In this document: piece by piece, positions 33,343-43,151 of the stretch
How the letters are laid out: each line of letters starts with the position of its first letter
Position numbering within the stretch: position 1 is the first letter of the stretch
Assembly: GCA_963776275.1 (NCBI GenBank)
Contig: CAVZMI010000021.1
Span: forward strand, 96,001-160,000
Reading direction: 5' to 3'
Length of the DNA: 64,000 nucleotides
Source: Ignavibacteriota bacterium
GTDB lineage: Bacteria > Bacteroidota > Ignavibacteria > UBA10030 > CAVZMI01
Position numbers and translations under genes: made by a program
The notes under the pieces: model-generated
Seen by the model: only the letters and a program-made list of their open reading frames with translations
Told to the model about the DNA's origin: nothing
The model's database searches: none

Positions 33343-34317
33343 ATGAAAGCAATAATTCCTGTCGCTGGCGTAGGAAGCAGGCTTCGACCGCATACTTATA
33401 CACTCCCCAAAGTATTGTTGAATGTTGCGGGCAAACCGATTATCGGCCATATAATAGACAAACTAATCGAAACCGGTATTGATAACGCCACCGTGATAGT
33501 CGGCTACATGGGAGATAAAATTCGAGAATACATCACGAACCATTACGATATTCATGTCGATTTCGTGGAACAGGAAGAACGGTTTGGCCTTGGCCATTCG
33601 ATTTACATTGCGCGTGAAACTCTTCCCGGTGAACCCGTCCTGATTATTTTGGGCGACACAATTTTTGATGTTGATCTTGTTCCGATTATCAAACAGAACG
33701 AATCGGCACTGGGTGTGAAATGGGTCGAAGATCCACGGCGTTTTGGAATTGCCGAAGTCGACCACGGCTATATCAAAAATCTCATTGAAAAACCTGAACA
33801 CCCGACGAGTAATCTTGCACTTGTCGGGTTATACTACATTACGAATACTCGACTCCTCATCGAATCGGTAACCCAGCTTGTAAAAGAGAATATCCGGACA
33901 AAAAATGAATATCAGCTCACCGATGCATTACAATTGATGATCAGCAAAGGAGAGCGAATAAAAACATTTCATGTCGAGGGCTGGTACGATTGTGGAAAGC
34001 CCGAAACACTTCTCGAGACAAACAGACACCTTCTCGATAAATATCCATCGAAACCGTCACATGATGGCATCGTGGTAATCCCGCCGGTTTTTATATCGAA
34101 GAAATGTACAATCAGTCATTCGGTTGTCGGTCCCTATGCAACGATCGCTGATGGTGCTGTTGTCCGTGATGCAATCATACGCAATTCGATAATCAGCGAA
34201 GATGCACAGGTCCAGGGAGCTCTCCTTGAGAACTCGATTGTGGGGAATAATGCAACGGTACGTGGAGTGTGGAAACGGATTAATATCGGGGATTCGTCCG
34301 AGATTGATTTCTTCTAA
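33343..34317 (+). CDS. Sugar-phosphate nucleotidyltransferase with C-terminal left-handed beta-helix
   Basis: MKAIIPVAGVGSRLRP…PK, EKP, EYQLTDAL, WYDCGK, hexapeptide tail. Confidence 0.88.
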   Translation: MKAIIPVAGVGSRLRPHTYTLPKVLLNVAGKPIIGHIIDKLIETGIDNATVIVGYMGDKIREYITNHYDIHVDFVEQEERFGLGHSIYIARETLPGEPVLIILGDTIFDVDLVPIIKQNESALGVKWVEDPRRFGIAEVDHGYIKNLIEKPEHPTSNLALVGLYYITNTRLLIESVTQLVKENIRTKNEYQLTDALQLMISKGERIKTFHVEGWYDCGKPETLLETNRHLLDKYPSKPSHDGIVVIPPVFISKKCTISHSVVGPYATIADGAVVRDAIIRNSIISEDAQVQGALLENSIVGNNATVRGVWKRINIGDSSEIDFF

Positions 34318-34359
34318 AAGAATAATTCACTGTTCTATAATTAAGGAGCTAGTAGTTTC

Positions 34360-35502
34360 ATGTCACAAATGTTTACTTCTGAGTCTGTTTCCGAAGGACA
34401 TCCGGATAAAATCTGCGATCAAATCTCCGATGCTGTGCTTGATGCTCTGATCACGCAGGATCCTCATTCACGTGTCGCCTGCGAAACATTTGTTACTACC
34501 GGACTCGTTGTCGTCGGCGGTGAAATCACTACCAAGGGATACATTGAGATCCAATCACTCGTGCGCAACGTCATACACGACATTGGATATACAAAAGCCG
34601 AGTACCGATTCGATGACAAATCCTGCGGTATTCTCTCGGCCATTCACCAGCAATCTCCTGATATTGCTTTGGGGGTAGATAAAGGAGGCGCCGGTGATCA
34701 AGGGATGATGTTCGGCTATGCAAACGATGAAACTACGGAATATATGCCGATGCCCATTACATTTGCCCACCAGCTTGTATATCGCCTCTCCGAGCTCCGG
34801 AAGAAATCGCCGCAGGTTATGCCGTATCTCCGGCCAGATGCAAAATCGCAGGTTACTGTCGAGTACGAGGGACGCAAACCGGTACACGTCCACACTGTCG
34901 TCATTTCGACACAACACGATTCCGGAGTATCTCAAAAGAAAATTAAGGAAGATGTCATTGAGCACGTCGTGAAGAAAGTGATTCCGGAACAATATCTTGA
35001 TAAAAAGACAATCTATCATGTCAACCCAACAGGACGTTTTGAAATTGGCGGACCGCATGGCGATACCGGGCTCACTGGCCGAAAAATCATCGTCGACACC
35101 TATGGGGGGCGCGCACCTCACGGCGGCGGTGCCTTCAGCGGAAAAGACCCGTCGAAAGTCGATCGCAGCGCAGCCTATGCGGCACGACATCTGGCCAAGA
35201 ATGTTGTTGCAGCAGGACTCGCTAATGAATGCTTGATCCAGATTGCCTACGCAATTGGCGTGGCAGAACCCGTCTCGATTTATGCAAATACGTATAACAC
35301 AGGACGAATTCCGGACATTCAACTGGCAAAGATCATCAGGAAAAACATTGACCTCACACCGCGTGGAATCATCCGTCGCTTAAAACTCCTCCGCCCGATT
35401 TATCGGAAAACTGCAGCGTACGGTCATTTTGGAAGAAACGACAAAGACTTCACCTGGGAAAAACTCGATCTCGTTCCAATGTTGAAAAAATTAGCCGTGT
35501 AA
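34360..35502 (+). CDS. metK: S-adenosylmethionine synthetase
   Basis: [28 protein letters not shown]. Confidence 0.97.
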   Translation: MSQMFTSESVSEGHPDKICDQISDAVLDALITQDPHSRVACETFVTTGLVVVGGEITTKGYIEIQSLVRNVIHDIGYTKAEYRFDDKSCGILSAIHQQSPDIALGVDKGGAGDQGMMFGYANDETTEYMPMPITFAHQLVYRLSELRKKSPQVMPYLRPDAKSQVTVEYEGRKPVHVHTVVISTQHDSGVSQKKIKEDVIEHVVKKVIPEQYLDKKTIYHVNPTGRFEIGGPHGDTGLTGRKIIVDTYGGRAPHGGGAFSGKDPSKVDRSAAYAARHLAKNVVAAGLANECLIQIAYAIGVAEPVSIYANTYNTGRIPDIQLAKIIRKNIDLTPRGIIRRLKLLRPIYRKTAAYGHFGRNDKDFTWEKLDLVPMLKKLAV

Positions 35503-35530
35503 TTAAAATTTTCATAACGATAAGAATATT

Positions 35531-36808
35531 ATGGATGAAAAAAAAGGTCTGTACAAAGTACAAAGTTTAAAACTCGCCCCTGAAGGGCATAGGCTCATTG
35601 AATGGGCCGAGTCGCGTATGCCCGTGTTGATGGCACTGCGCGAAAAGTATCGAAAAACAAAACCATTAAAAGGGTACCGCATTGCCGGCTGTCTGCACGT
35701 TACGAAAGAAACCGCCGTTCTCGTCCGTACATTCATTGAAGCAGGAGCGCAGGTAAGCTGGAGCGGATGCAATCCTCTTTCGACCAACGATATGGTTGCG
35801 GCAGCACTTGCATCTGACGGTATATCGATCTTTGCATGGCACGGTATGAACGTAAAAGAATTCTACTGGTGTATTGAAGAGACGTTGAAGTTCCACCCCA
35901 ACCTCACACTCGATGACGGCGCCGATTTAATTTTTACCATCCATAATAAACATCAGGAATTGGTTCCCGAAATTATCGGAGGGACGGAAGAAACAACCAC
36001 CGGTGTTCACCGCCTTCGTGCAATGGCCAAAGACGGTGCTTTGAGGTATCCGGTTATTGAGGTGAATGATGCCGAAACGAAATGGGATTTCGATAATGTG
36101 TACGGGACCGGACAATCGACCATCGACGGTATTATCAGGGCGACCAGCGTTCTCATAGCCGGGAAAAACTTTGTTATTGCCGGATATGGCCACTGCGGGA
36201 AGGGTGTCGCAACGCGCGGTAAAGGTCTTGGAGCGAACGTCATAGTGACCGAAGTAAAACCTACTGCTGCTTTGAAAGCAACACTCGACGGTATGCGAGT
36301 CATGAAAATGGATGACGCTGTTAAAATCGGTGATATTTTTGTTACCGCAACAGGCGTTAAAGATGTCATCATAGATCGTCATTTTAAAAAAATGAAAGAT
36401 GGAGCAATCGTCTGCAATGCCGGTCACTACGATTGCGAAGTTAACCTCGGACATTTAAAAAAACAGGCAAAGAGTATACGCGAAATTCGTCCGAATAATG
36501 AAGAGTACCTGTTGAAAGATGGACGCCGCATTTTTGTTCTTGCACAGGGGCGCCTGGTAAACCTAGCAGCTGCTGAAGGACATCCATCCGAGGTCATGGA
36601 TATGTCGTTCGCAAATCAGTTCATGTCGCAACTCCGCCTTGCAGAACTCCATAAACGGGGCGTCAAGCTCGATACTGTTGTCCACGACATCACACCCGAG
36701 CAGGATCAGGAAATTGGGCGAGTGAAACTCGCAACACAGGGGATCACCATCGATATACTTACAACTGAACAGCGGGCATACATGGAAGATTATTCCTCAG
36801 GAACCTGA
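35531..36808 (+). CDS. ahcY: Adenosylhomocysteinase
   Basis: GCLHVT, CNPLST, LDDGAD, EETTTGVHRL, FDNVYGT, GHPSEVMDMSF. Confidence 0.96.
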   Translation: MDEKKGLYKVQSLKLAPEGHRLIEWAESRMPVLMALREKYRKTKPLKGYRIAGCLHVTKETAVLVRTFIEAGAQVSWSGCNPLSTNDMVAAALASDGISIFAWHGMNVKEFYWCIEETLKFHPNLTLDDGADLIFTIHNKHQELVPEIIGGTEETTTGVHRLRAMAKDGALRYPVIEVNDAETKWDFDNVYGTGQSTIDGIIRATSVLIAGKNFVIAGYGHCGKGVATRGKGLGANVIVTEVKPTAALKATLDGMRVMKMDDAVKIGDIFVTATGVKDVIIDRHFKKMKDGAIVCNAGHYDCEVNLGHLKKQAKSIREIRPNNEEYLLKDGRRIFVLAQGRLVNLAAAEGHPSEVMDMSFANQFMSQLRLAELHKRGVKLDTVVHDITPEQDQEIGRVKLATQGITIDILTTEQRAYMEDYSSGT

Positions 36809-36836
36809 CCACATACATCACACGTCGTCACTCACG

Positions 36837-37969
36837 ATGGCGCGGTACTATCACGATACCACGTTGGAAAAAACATACTCAGGATTGCTTGAAGTCGAAG
36901 AAAGAGGGTTCGGTTTTGTCCGCACCCTTTCATTAACATTACGCCACCTTCCGACCGATCCCTATATCGCACCTCACCTCATCACACAATATCGCTTGCG
37001 CCCCGGCGTTTTGATTGAAGGAACGATCAGTATTGCCGGGAACGGCAAGTCCCAGGTCGATACTATAGAACGAATTAATAAGGTGAAGCCGGAACGATGG
37101 ATGCGCGTCGTCGAATTTTCACAGCGCACCGTCGTCAACCCGAACGAGCTCTTGAAGCTCGAGGGCTCTCACAACGACCCGGCGATGAGAATTGTGGATC
37201 TTATTTCTCCGATCGGGAAGGGACAGCGAGGTTTGATCGTCGCACCTCCCCGCTCGGGCAAAACAATGCTCCTCCAGCAGATGGCCCATGCCATAAGCAC
37301 CAATTATCCGAAATTGGATTTAATCGTTTTACTTGTTGATGAACGACCCGAAGAGATAACCGACATTCGCCGCGCCGTAAAGGGATTGGTATTTGCAAGC
37401 TCGCACGATGATCACCGGCTAAGCCACACACGTCTCGCGCAGCTTGTGCTTGATTATGCAAAACGACGAGCGGAGCTCGGTCGGGATGTCGTAATGCTGC
37501 TCGATTCTCTCACAAAACTCGGGCGTGCGTTCAATCTGACACAACGCAGCAGCGGCCGGACCTCTCCGGTGGAGTCGACGCCCGTGCACTCGAGATTCCT
37601 GAAAAAATATTCGGCGCAGCCCGCGCACTCGAGAATCATGGTACATTGACAATAATTGCCACCGCTCTTATCGAGACGAATTCGAGAATGGACGAACTGA
37701 TTTTCGAGGAGTTTAAGGGAACAGGAAATATGGAGCTCGTGCTCAGCCGCGAGCTTTCAAACCTGCGAATCTTTCCGGCAATCAATATTCTCCAATCCGG
37801 GACACGCCGTGAAGAACTATTATTCGGAGAAAATACTTACGTATACCAGACACTCCGCCGCGCTCTGGAACGAAAAAAACCTGTGGAGGCCATGAAATTA
37901 CTTCTTCAAGCTATTCAAAAGACAAAAACTAATGAACATCTCTTGGCCGATATAAAGAAGTATCTATAG
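36837..37969 (+). CDS. rho: Transcription termination factor Rho, short form (~377 aa); one-base deletion at ~37562
   Basis: GFGFVR, GKGQRGLIVAPPRSGKT, DERPEE, SGRT|LSGGVD, IFEEFKGTGNMEL, SGTRREELL. The two ORFs rejoin by adding one C. Confidence 0.9.
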
Positions 37970-38366
37970 ACGCAGAACGGTTTATTCATCCTTCCCCGAA
38001 AAAAATCCGGTGACTCTTTTATTTCTTTTATATTAGTCAAAGAGGGCTTCTCATTACCCTTATTATTCCTCCCCTCAGAAAGCATTAAAATGAATTCATC
38101 GGCTGCCATGATCCGGCATGCATGCGATTTCCCGTAATGTGCAATTTCTGCGTTGTTTGAAATAATAGGGGTGGCTTACACTATATCTGTACCCGCACAG
38201 GGAACTTCCAATAAAAAAATTTGTTGTAAAAAGTAGGAAGGTAGTATCTTACACAGCACGCTTGTCTTAACGGTGGGGAGATCGGATGAGGGGAGGAGTC
38301 AGGCGTGCTGTTCTTATTGTGTTATGGTCGAAACCGCACGGAGAAGTCGGTTTCTTCACAAACGCG

Positions 38367-38396
38367 CACCGGCGAAACAATGACGCTTCGCCGGTG
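38367..38396. terminator. Strong hairpin 11 nt downstream of the typA stop (probably bidirectional terminator)
   Basis: caccggcgaa / ttcgccggtg, 10-bp perfect stem; T-rich sequence follows on the plus strand. Confidence 0.65.
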
Positions 38397-38407
38397 TAGT
38401 TTATATT

Positions 38408-40264
38408 CTACAATTCAACTTCTTCTGCTTTCTTACGGCTCATTCTATTCCGCTCGTTATGATCCAGATATCGTTTTCGTAATCGAATACTCTTCGGTGT
38501 AATTTCGACGTATTCATCGTCGGCAATCCATTCGATTGCCTGTTCGAGTGTGAGCAGGCGAGGTGGTTCTAGACGGATCGCTTCATCGGCTCCACTTGCA
38601 CGCATATTGGTCAGTTGTTTCGTCTTGCAAACATTGACGACCATATCTCCTTCGCGCGCGTTCTCCCCCACAATCATACCTTTATAGACACGTATTCCCG
38701 GTTCAACAAAGAACGTAATCCTTTCCTGAAGTTTCCACATTGCATATGAAACCGCTTCGCCATCTTCCAATGAAATTACCGCTCCTTTATTCCGGATCGG
38801 AAGGTCTCCCCTATACGGTTCATAGCCCTGGAAATTGTGATGTAATAAGCCGGTTCCCTTCGTCTCGGTCATGAACTCATTTCGGAATCCGATCAAACCA
38901 CGTGCAGGCACGACGAATTCGAGTCGCGTATTCCCATTGTTGGAGATCATGTTCCGTAATTCTCCCTTACGTTTACCGAGGTTCTCGATCACTACACCCA
39001 CAAATTCGTCGGGAACGTCGATGATCACGTGCTCAATCGGCTCGCTGAGAACATCGAGCACGCGCTTGAAGATGACCTCCGGTCGTGAGACTTGAAGTTC
39101 ATATCCTTCACGCCGCATAGTCTCGATAAGTATTGCCAGATGCAATTCACCGCGCCCGCTGACCTTGAACACATCGGGCGAATCGGTAAGCTCGACACGC
39201 AGACTGACATTACTCCGCAGTTCTCTGGCCAGTCGTTCACCAAGATGACGCGTTGTCACGTACTTTCCGTCAAGACCGGCAAATGGCGAATTGTTCACTA
39301 TGAAGTTCATCGAGATCGTCGGCTCTTCAATCGATACGAACGGGAGTGGGAAAGCATCGGCAGGATCGGCAATAGTTTCGCCGATATCGACATCTTCCAT
39401 CCCGGCAATGGCGATGATTTCGCCTGCACTCGCTTCGTTCACCTCGATGCGTTTCAAGCCGTGAAACGTGTAAATCTTTGTGATCTTAGCGTCTTCAACA
39501 ATGCCGTCGCGATGGATGATTTTCATCGGAGCACCTACACGGATTGTTCCGCGAAATATCCGTCCGATCCCGAGCCGCCCCAGATAGTCATTGTAATCGA
39601 TCGTCGTCACCAGCATCTGAAAGGACGATTCTGTGTCACCCGGCGGAGGAGGAACATAATTGACGATGGCTTCGAAAAGAGGAACGAGATTGCTCCCCTG
39701 ATCTTCCAATTCTTTTTTTGCAATTCCCTGCTTTGCGATCGAGTACACCACGGGAAAATCAAGCTGCTCGTTCGTTGCCCCGAGTGAAAGAAAAAGATCG
39801 AAAACCTCATCAAGTACTTCATGCGGCCTGGCGTCTTTCCGATCAATTTTATTAATAACGACGATCGGCTTCAGGTTCAGCTCGAGTGACTTTTTAAGAA
39901 CAAATTTAGTTTGCGGAAGCGGACCTTCAGCGGCATCGACCAGCAGAAGAACGCCATTGACCATCATTAATGTCCGCTCTACTTCACCGCCGAAGTCCGC
40001 GTGACCCGGCGTATCGACAATATTTATTTTGATGGGTGTATTTTTTCCAGCCGGAATATAATTTACGGCAGTATTTTTTGCCAGGATTGTAATTCCTTTT
40101 TCACGTTCCAGGTCGTATGAATCCATGATACGTTTTTCAACTACCTGGTTCTCGCGGAACGTGCCTGTCTGGCGAAGCATATAGTCCACCAGTGTTGTCT
40201 TTCCATGATCAACGTGTGAAATAATTGCAATATTTCTTATGTCTTCTCTTAGAAGATCCGACAC
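38408..40264 (-). CDS. typA: Translational GTPase TypA/BipA
   Basis: [49 protein letters not shown] start at 40264 preceded by GGAGA. Confidence 0.96.
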   Translation of the reverse strand: MSDLLREDIRNIAIISHVDHGKTTLVDYMLRQTGTFRENQVVEKRIMDSYDLEREKGITILAKNTAVNYIPAGKNTPIKINIVDTPGHADFGGEVERTLMMVNGVLLLVDAAEGPLPQTKFVLKKSLELNLKPIVVINKIDRKDARPHEVLDEVFDLFLSLGATNEQLDFPVVYSIAKQGIAKKELEDQGSNLVPLFEAIVNYVPPPPGDTESSFQMLVTTIDYNDYLGRLGIGRIFRGTIRVGAPMKIIHRDGIVEDAKITKIYTFHGLKRIEVNEASAGEIIAIAGMEDVDIGETIADPADAFPLPFVSIEEPTISMNFIVNNSPFAGLDGKYVTTRHLGERLARELRSNVSLRVELTDSPDVFKVSGRGELHLAILIETMRREGYELQVSRPEVIFKRVLDVLSEPIEHVIIDVPDEFVGVVIENLGKRKGELRNMISNNGNTRLEFVVPARGLIGFRNEFMTETKGTGLLHHNFQGYEPYRGDLPIRNKGAVISLEDGEAVSYAMWKLQERITFFVEPGIRVYKGMIVGENAREGDMVVNVCKTKQLTNMRASGADEAIRLEPPRLLTLEQAIEWIADDEYVEITPKSIRLRKRYLDHNERNRMSRKKAEEVEL

Positions 40265-40417
40265 GGACAGGTTCTCTCCCAACACAAACAATAAAAATGC
40301 CCCAAGCATGCCTTTGGCGGGCTCGAGGCAAATATGCTATTCATATTTTGAAAGATACGGAAAAAACAATAAAATTCCAAGAACTTCACCAATATTCCCG
40401 GAATTACCGGACAAAGA

Positions 40418-40446
40418 TTGAATGTTTTGCGAGTTCTTCATACACT
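40418..40446 (+). promoter_or_regulatory. Sigma70-type promoter for ADH-AKR pair
   Basis: TTGAAT-17 nt-TACACT. Confidence 0.5.
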
Positions 40447-40479
40447 TAAGAGAGCCGAAACGCCGAAAGAATACTACAG

Positions 40480-41523
40480 ATGAAAGCATTCGTTCTCAAT
40501 AGCACCTGCGACCTAAATAAAAACAAAAATCCTCTTTCTCTGGTTGACATTTCCGATCCGTCGCCACGTGAGAATGAAATTCTTGTACGCATTTCAGTAT
40601 GCGGTGTATGTCATACCGAGCTTGATGAAATTGAAGGCCGCACTCCCCCTCCACATTTCCCAGTAATTCCCGGACATCAGATTATCGGACGGGTTGAAAG
40701 CTGTGGAAAAAATGTAAAAAATTTTTCAATTGGTGATCGCGTCGGTATTGCATGGATTCATTCAGCGTGCGGTAAATGCGAGTACTGCCGCCGGGGCGAC
40801 GAGAACCTCTGTCCTGAATTTGTTGCAACGGGAAGAGACGTAGATGGCGGATATGCAGAACTCGTGACGGTCCCTGAGGATTTTGCTTTTAATATCCCCG
40901 AGGAATTTTCCGACACTCAGGCGGCTCCGCTCCTCTGTGCAGGCGCCATCGGGTACCGCTCATTACGGCTCACCGGCTTGAACGACGGGCAGAATCTCGG
41001 ACTCACAGGATTCGGTGCTTCAGCACATCTCGTCCTGAAAATGGCGCGTCATCTTTTCCCGCATTCAAAATTCTTTATTTTCGCACGGAGTGAAAACGAG
41101 CGGGCTTTTGCCGGTGAAATCGGTGCGGCGTGGACAGGCGATGTAACCGACAAATCACCCTTGAAACTCCACGCGATCATCGATACAACACCGGTATGGA
41201 AACCTGTTGTCGAAGCAATGAATAACCTGGTTCCCGGCGGGCGTCTCGTTATCAATGCAATTCGAAAAGAACATCTGGACAAAGAATATTTACTCAATCT
41301 GGATTATACACATCATCTCTGGATGGAAAAGGAAATTAAAAGCGTCGCTAATGTCGCCCGCCGCGACGTATTGGAATTTCTTGCTCTTGCCGCTCAAATT
41401 CCACTGGCTCCGGTGGTTGAGATGTTCCCATTTGAGAAGGTAAATTTGGCACTTTTTGAATTGAAGGAAGGGATAATCCGCGGTGCAAAAGTGCTGCAAA
41501 TTGGAGGAGAAAAACATGGCTGA
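40480..41523 (+). CDS. Zinc-dependent alcohol dehydrogenase family protein
   Basis: CGVCHTE, GHQ, CGKCEYC…ENLC, APLLCAG. Confidence 0.9.
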   Translation: MKAFVLNSTCDLNKNKNPLSLVDISDPSPRENEILVRISVCGVCHTELDEIEGRTPPPHFPVIPGHQIIGRVESCGKNVKNFSIGDRVGIAWIHSACGKCEYCRRGDENLCPEFVATGRDVDGGYAELVTVPEDFAFNIPEEFSDTQAAPLLCAGAIGYRSLRLTGLNDGQNLGLTGFGASAHLVLKMARHLFPHSKFFIFARSENERAFAGEIGAAWTGDVTDKSPLKLHAIIDTTPVWKPVVEAMNNLVPGGRLVINAIRKEHLDKEYLLNLDYTHHLWMEKEIKSVANVARRDVLEFLALAAQIPLAPVVEMFPFEKVNLALFELKEGIIRGAKVLQIGGEKHG

Positions 41524-42334
41524 AGATTTTACCCACACGACATTAGGGAGGACAGGTATCACAGTACATCGGCTCGGACTCTCAGCGACATATTGGCCCG
41601 GCAAAAAAACCGTGTACAAAGCTCTTGATGAAGGGGTGAACTATTTTTTTGGGTTTGGGACCGATGGACAATTAATACGCGCGATACGGAGCGTCGTTGG
41701 GCAGAAGAGAAAAGATATTGTCATCGCAACAGGGGCGTATAATTTGTTGATCGGATATCCAAACCTTCGGCGAACGCTTGAGAAACGGCTTCGTCAATTC
41801 GGGACTGATTATATCGATGTATTTCTTTTTCTTGGAGTGACAAAAGAAAAAGATTTTCCGGCCGAGGCCCGTGAAGAGCTTGCCCGATTCAAAGAGGAGG
41901 GGAAGGTCGGCGCAATCGGCTTATCGTCACACGACCGCAAATTTGCCGGCAAGCTGGCTGCTGAGGGATCAATGGACGTGCTGATGATCCGCTATAATGC
42001 GGCACATCGTGGTGCAGAGCAGGATATTTTTCCTTTTGTGAAAGATCACAATCCCGGCATTACGAGCTATACGGCCACACGATGGACCTACTTGATCCGA
42101 AGATCGAAAAAATGGCCGACAGACAGGCCGATACCGACGCCCGGTCAATGCTACCGATTTGTTCTATCAAATCCGAATGTGCATCTCTGTCTGACAGCTC
42201 CAAGAAACATCAGACAATTCGAAGAGAATATAAAATCTCTTTCAGATGGACTTCTAAGCGAAGATGAAATGAAATTGATGCAGGAATATGGCGATGCAGT
42301 GCATCACACAAAAAAATGGTTTATGGGAGGATGA
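41516..42334 (+). CDS. Aldo/keto reductase
   Basis: LGRTGITV..LGL, LRQFGTDYIDVF, GKVGAIGLS; overlaps the ADH stop. Confidence 0.85.
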   Translation: MAEDFTHTTLGRTGITVHRLGLSATYWPGKKTVYKALDEGVNYFFGFGTDGQLIRAIRSVVGQKRKDIVIATGAYNLLIGYPNLRRTLEKRLRQFGTDYIDVFLFLGVTKEKDFPAEAREELARFKEEGKVGAIGLSSHDRKFAGKLAAEGSMDVLMIRYNAAHRGAEQDIFPFVKDHNPGITSYTATRWTYLIRRSKKWPTDRPIPTPGQCYRFVLSNPNVHLCLTAPRNIRQFEENIKSLSDGLLSEDEMKLMQEYGDAVHHTKKWFMGG

Positions 42335-42395
42335 TAAATGCATAGAAGATCTCCGTCATCCAGGGAAATGCCGGAGAATGGAAACCTTTTACTAT

Positions 42396-43028
42396 TTAAC
42401 GCAGCATTACCATCTTCTTCACAGAGTTCCACTTCGGCGTCGAGATTCGATAGAAATAAACGCCCGAAGAAACCGTTGTCCCGGTTTCACTTCTGCCATC
42501 CCAGGTTAATTCGATGTATCCCGAAGGGTATTCGTCGTCCGTGAGAGTCCGCACTTCGCGGCCGAGTGCATCGTAAATAACAAGCTTAACCTTCGATGCC
42601 ACCGGTAATTCAAATGCGATCTTTGTCGTCGGATTAAATGGGTTTGGGAAATTATCGTACAAATGAAATTCCTTCGGCGGACTGATTGTAAATGATATTT
42701 CCTTCATCCAACTCTGTCCATTGGCTGTTTTTATCAATGCTTTGATCTTCTGCTCTTTGCCGATTGGTGCAGACCGTTCAACTGAAAACAGAAACTCAGC
42801 ATCTTTTGATTGCTTCGCAAGGATATCTTTCAGCATGATTTTCGATGATTCAAGTTTCAACCATGACTGTGGATTCTGGATCTCAACGGTGACATTTTTT
42901 GCAGCGACCGCCGCCGTGTTTTCAACGGTCAGTGCGAACGAGTTGCCCTTTGAGTTATAAGGGATTTCGTATCCTTGAGCCAGGAGAATTAACGGCATCA
43001 ATATTGATATAATGAATATTGTTTTCAT
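42396..43028 (-). CDS. Small secreted protein: Ig-like (CARDB/NEW3-like) domain plus T9SS type-A CTD
   Basis: Signal peptide; LYDNFPNPFNPTTKIAFELP…IYDALGREVRTL…WDG…VSSGVYFYRI…KKMVMLR. Confidence 0.85.
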   Translation of the reverse strand: MKTIFIISILMPLILLAQGYEIPYNSKGNSFALTVENTAAVAAKNVTVEIQNPQSWLKLESSKIMLKDILAKQSKDAEFLFSVERSAPIGKEQKIKALIKTANGQSWMKEISFTISPPKEFHLYDNFPNPFNPTTKIAFELPVASKVKLVIYDALGREVRTLTDDEYPSGYIELTWDGRSETGTTVSSGVYFYRISTPKWNSVKKMVMLR

Positions 43029-43051
43029 AAAGCCCTTTCACAATTTAAAAG

Positions 43052-43143
43052 ATAACCACAAAGGTCACAGAGTTATAAATGAGTACACGGAGTATCGACC
43101 TCTGTGAACTCATCTTTCCAACCTCCGTGTACTCTGTGGTTAT
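43052..43143. repeat. Interleaved inverted-repeat (REP-like) element
   Basis: ataaccacaaag/ctctgtggttat (1 mismatch), tcacagag/ctctgtga, gagtacacggag/ctccgtgtactc. Confidence 0.8.
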
Positions 43144-43151
43144 ATTTTTAT

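Noticed and set aside
34318-34359. SAM/SAH riboswitch before metK or ahcY
   Set aside because: Spacers are only 42 and 28 nt, with no aptamer consensus.
34555-36454. Long antisense ORFs (255 aa over metK, 175 aa over ahcY) and similar shadows elsewhere
   Set aside because: They mirror highly conserved genes on the opposite strand and show no protein motifs.
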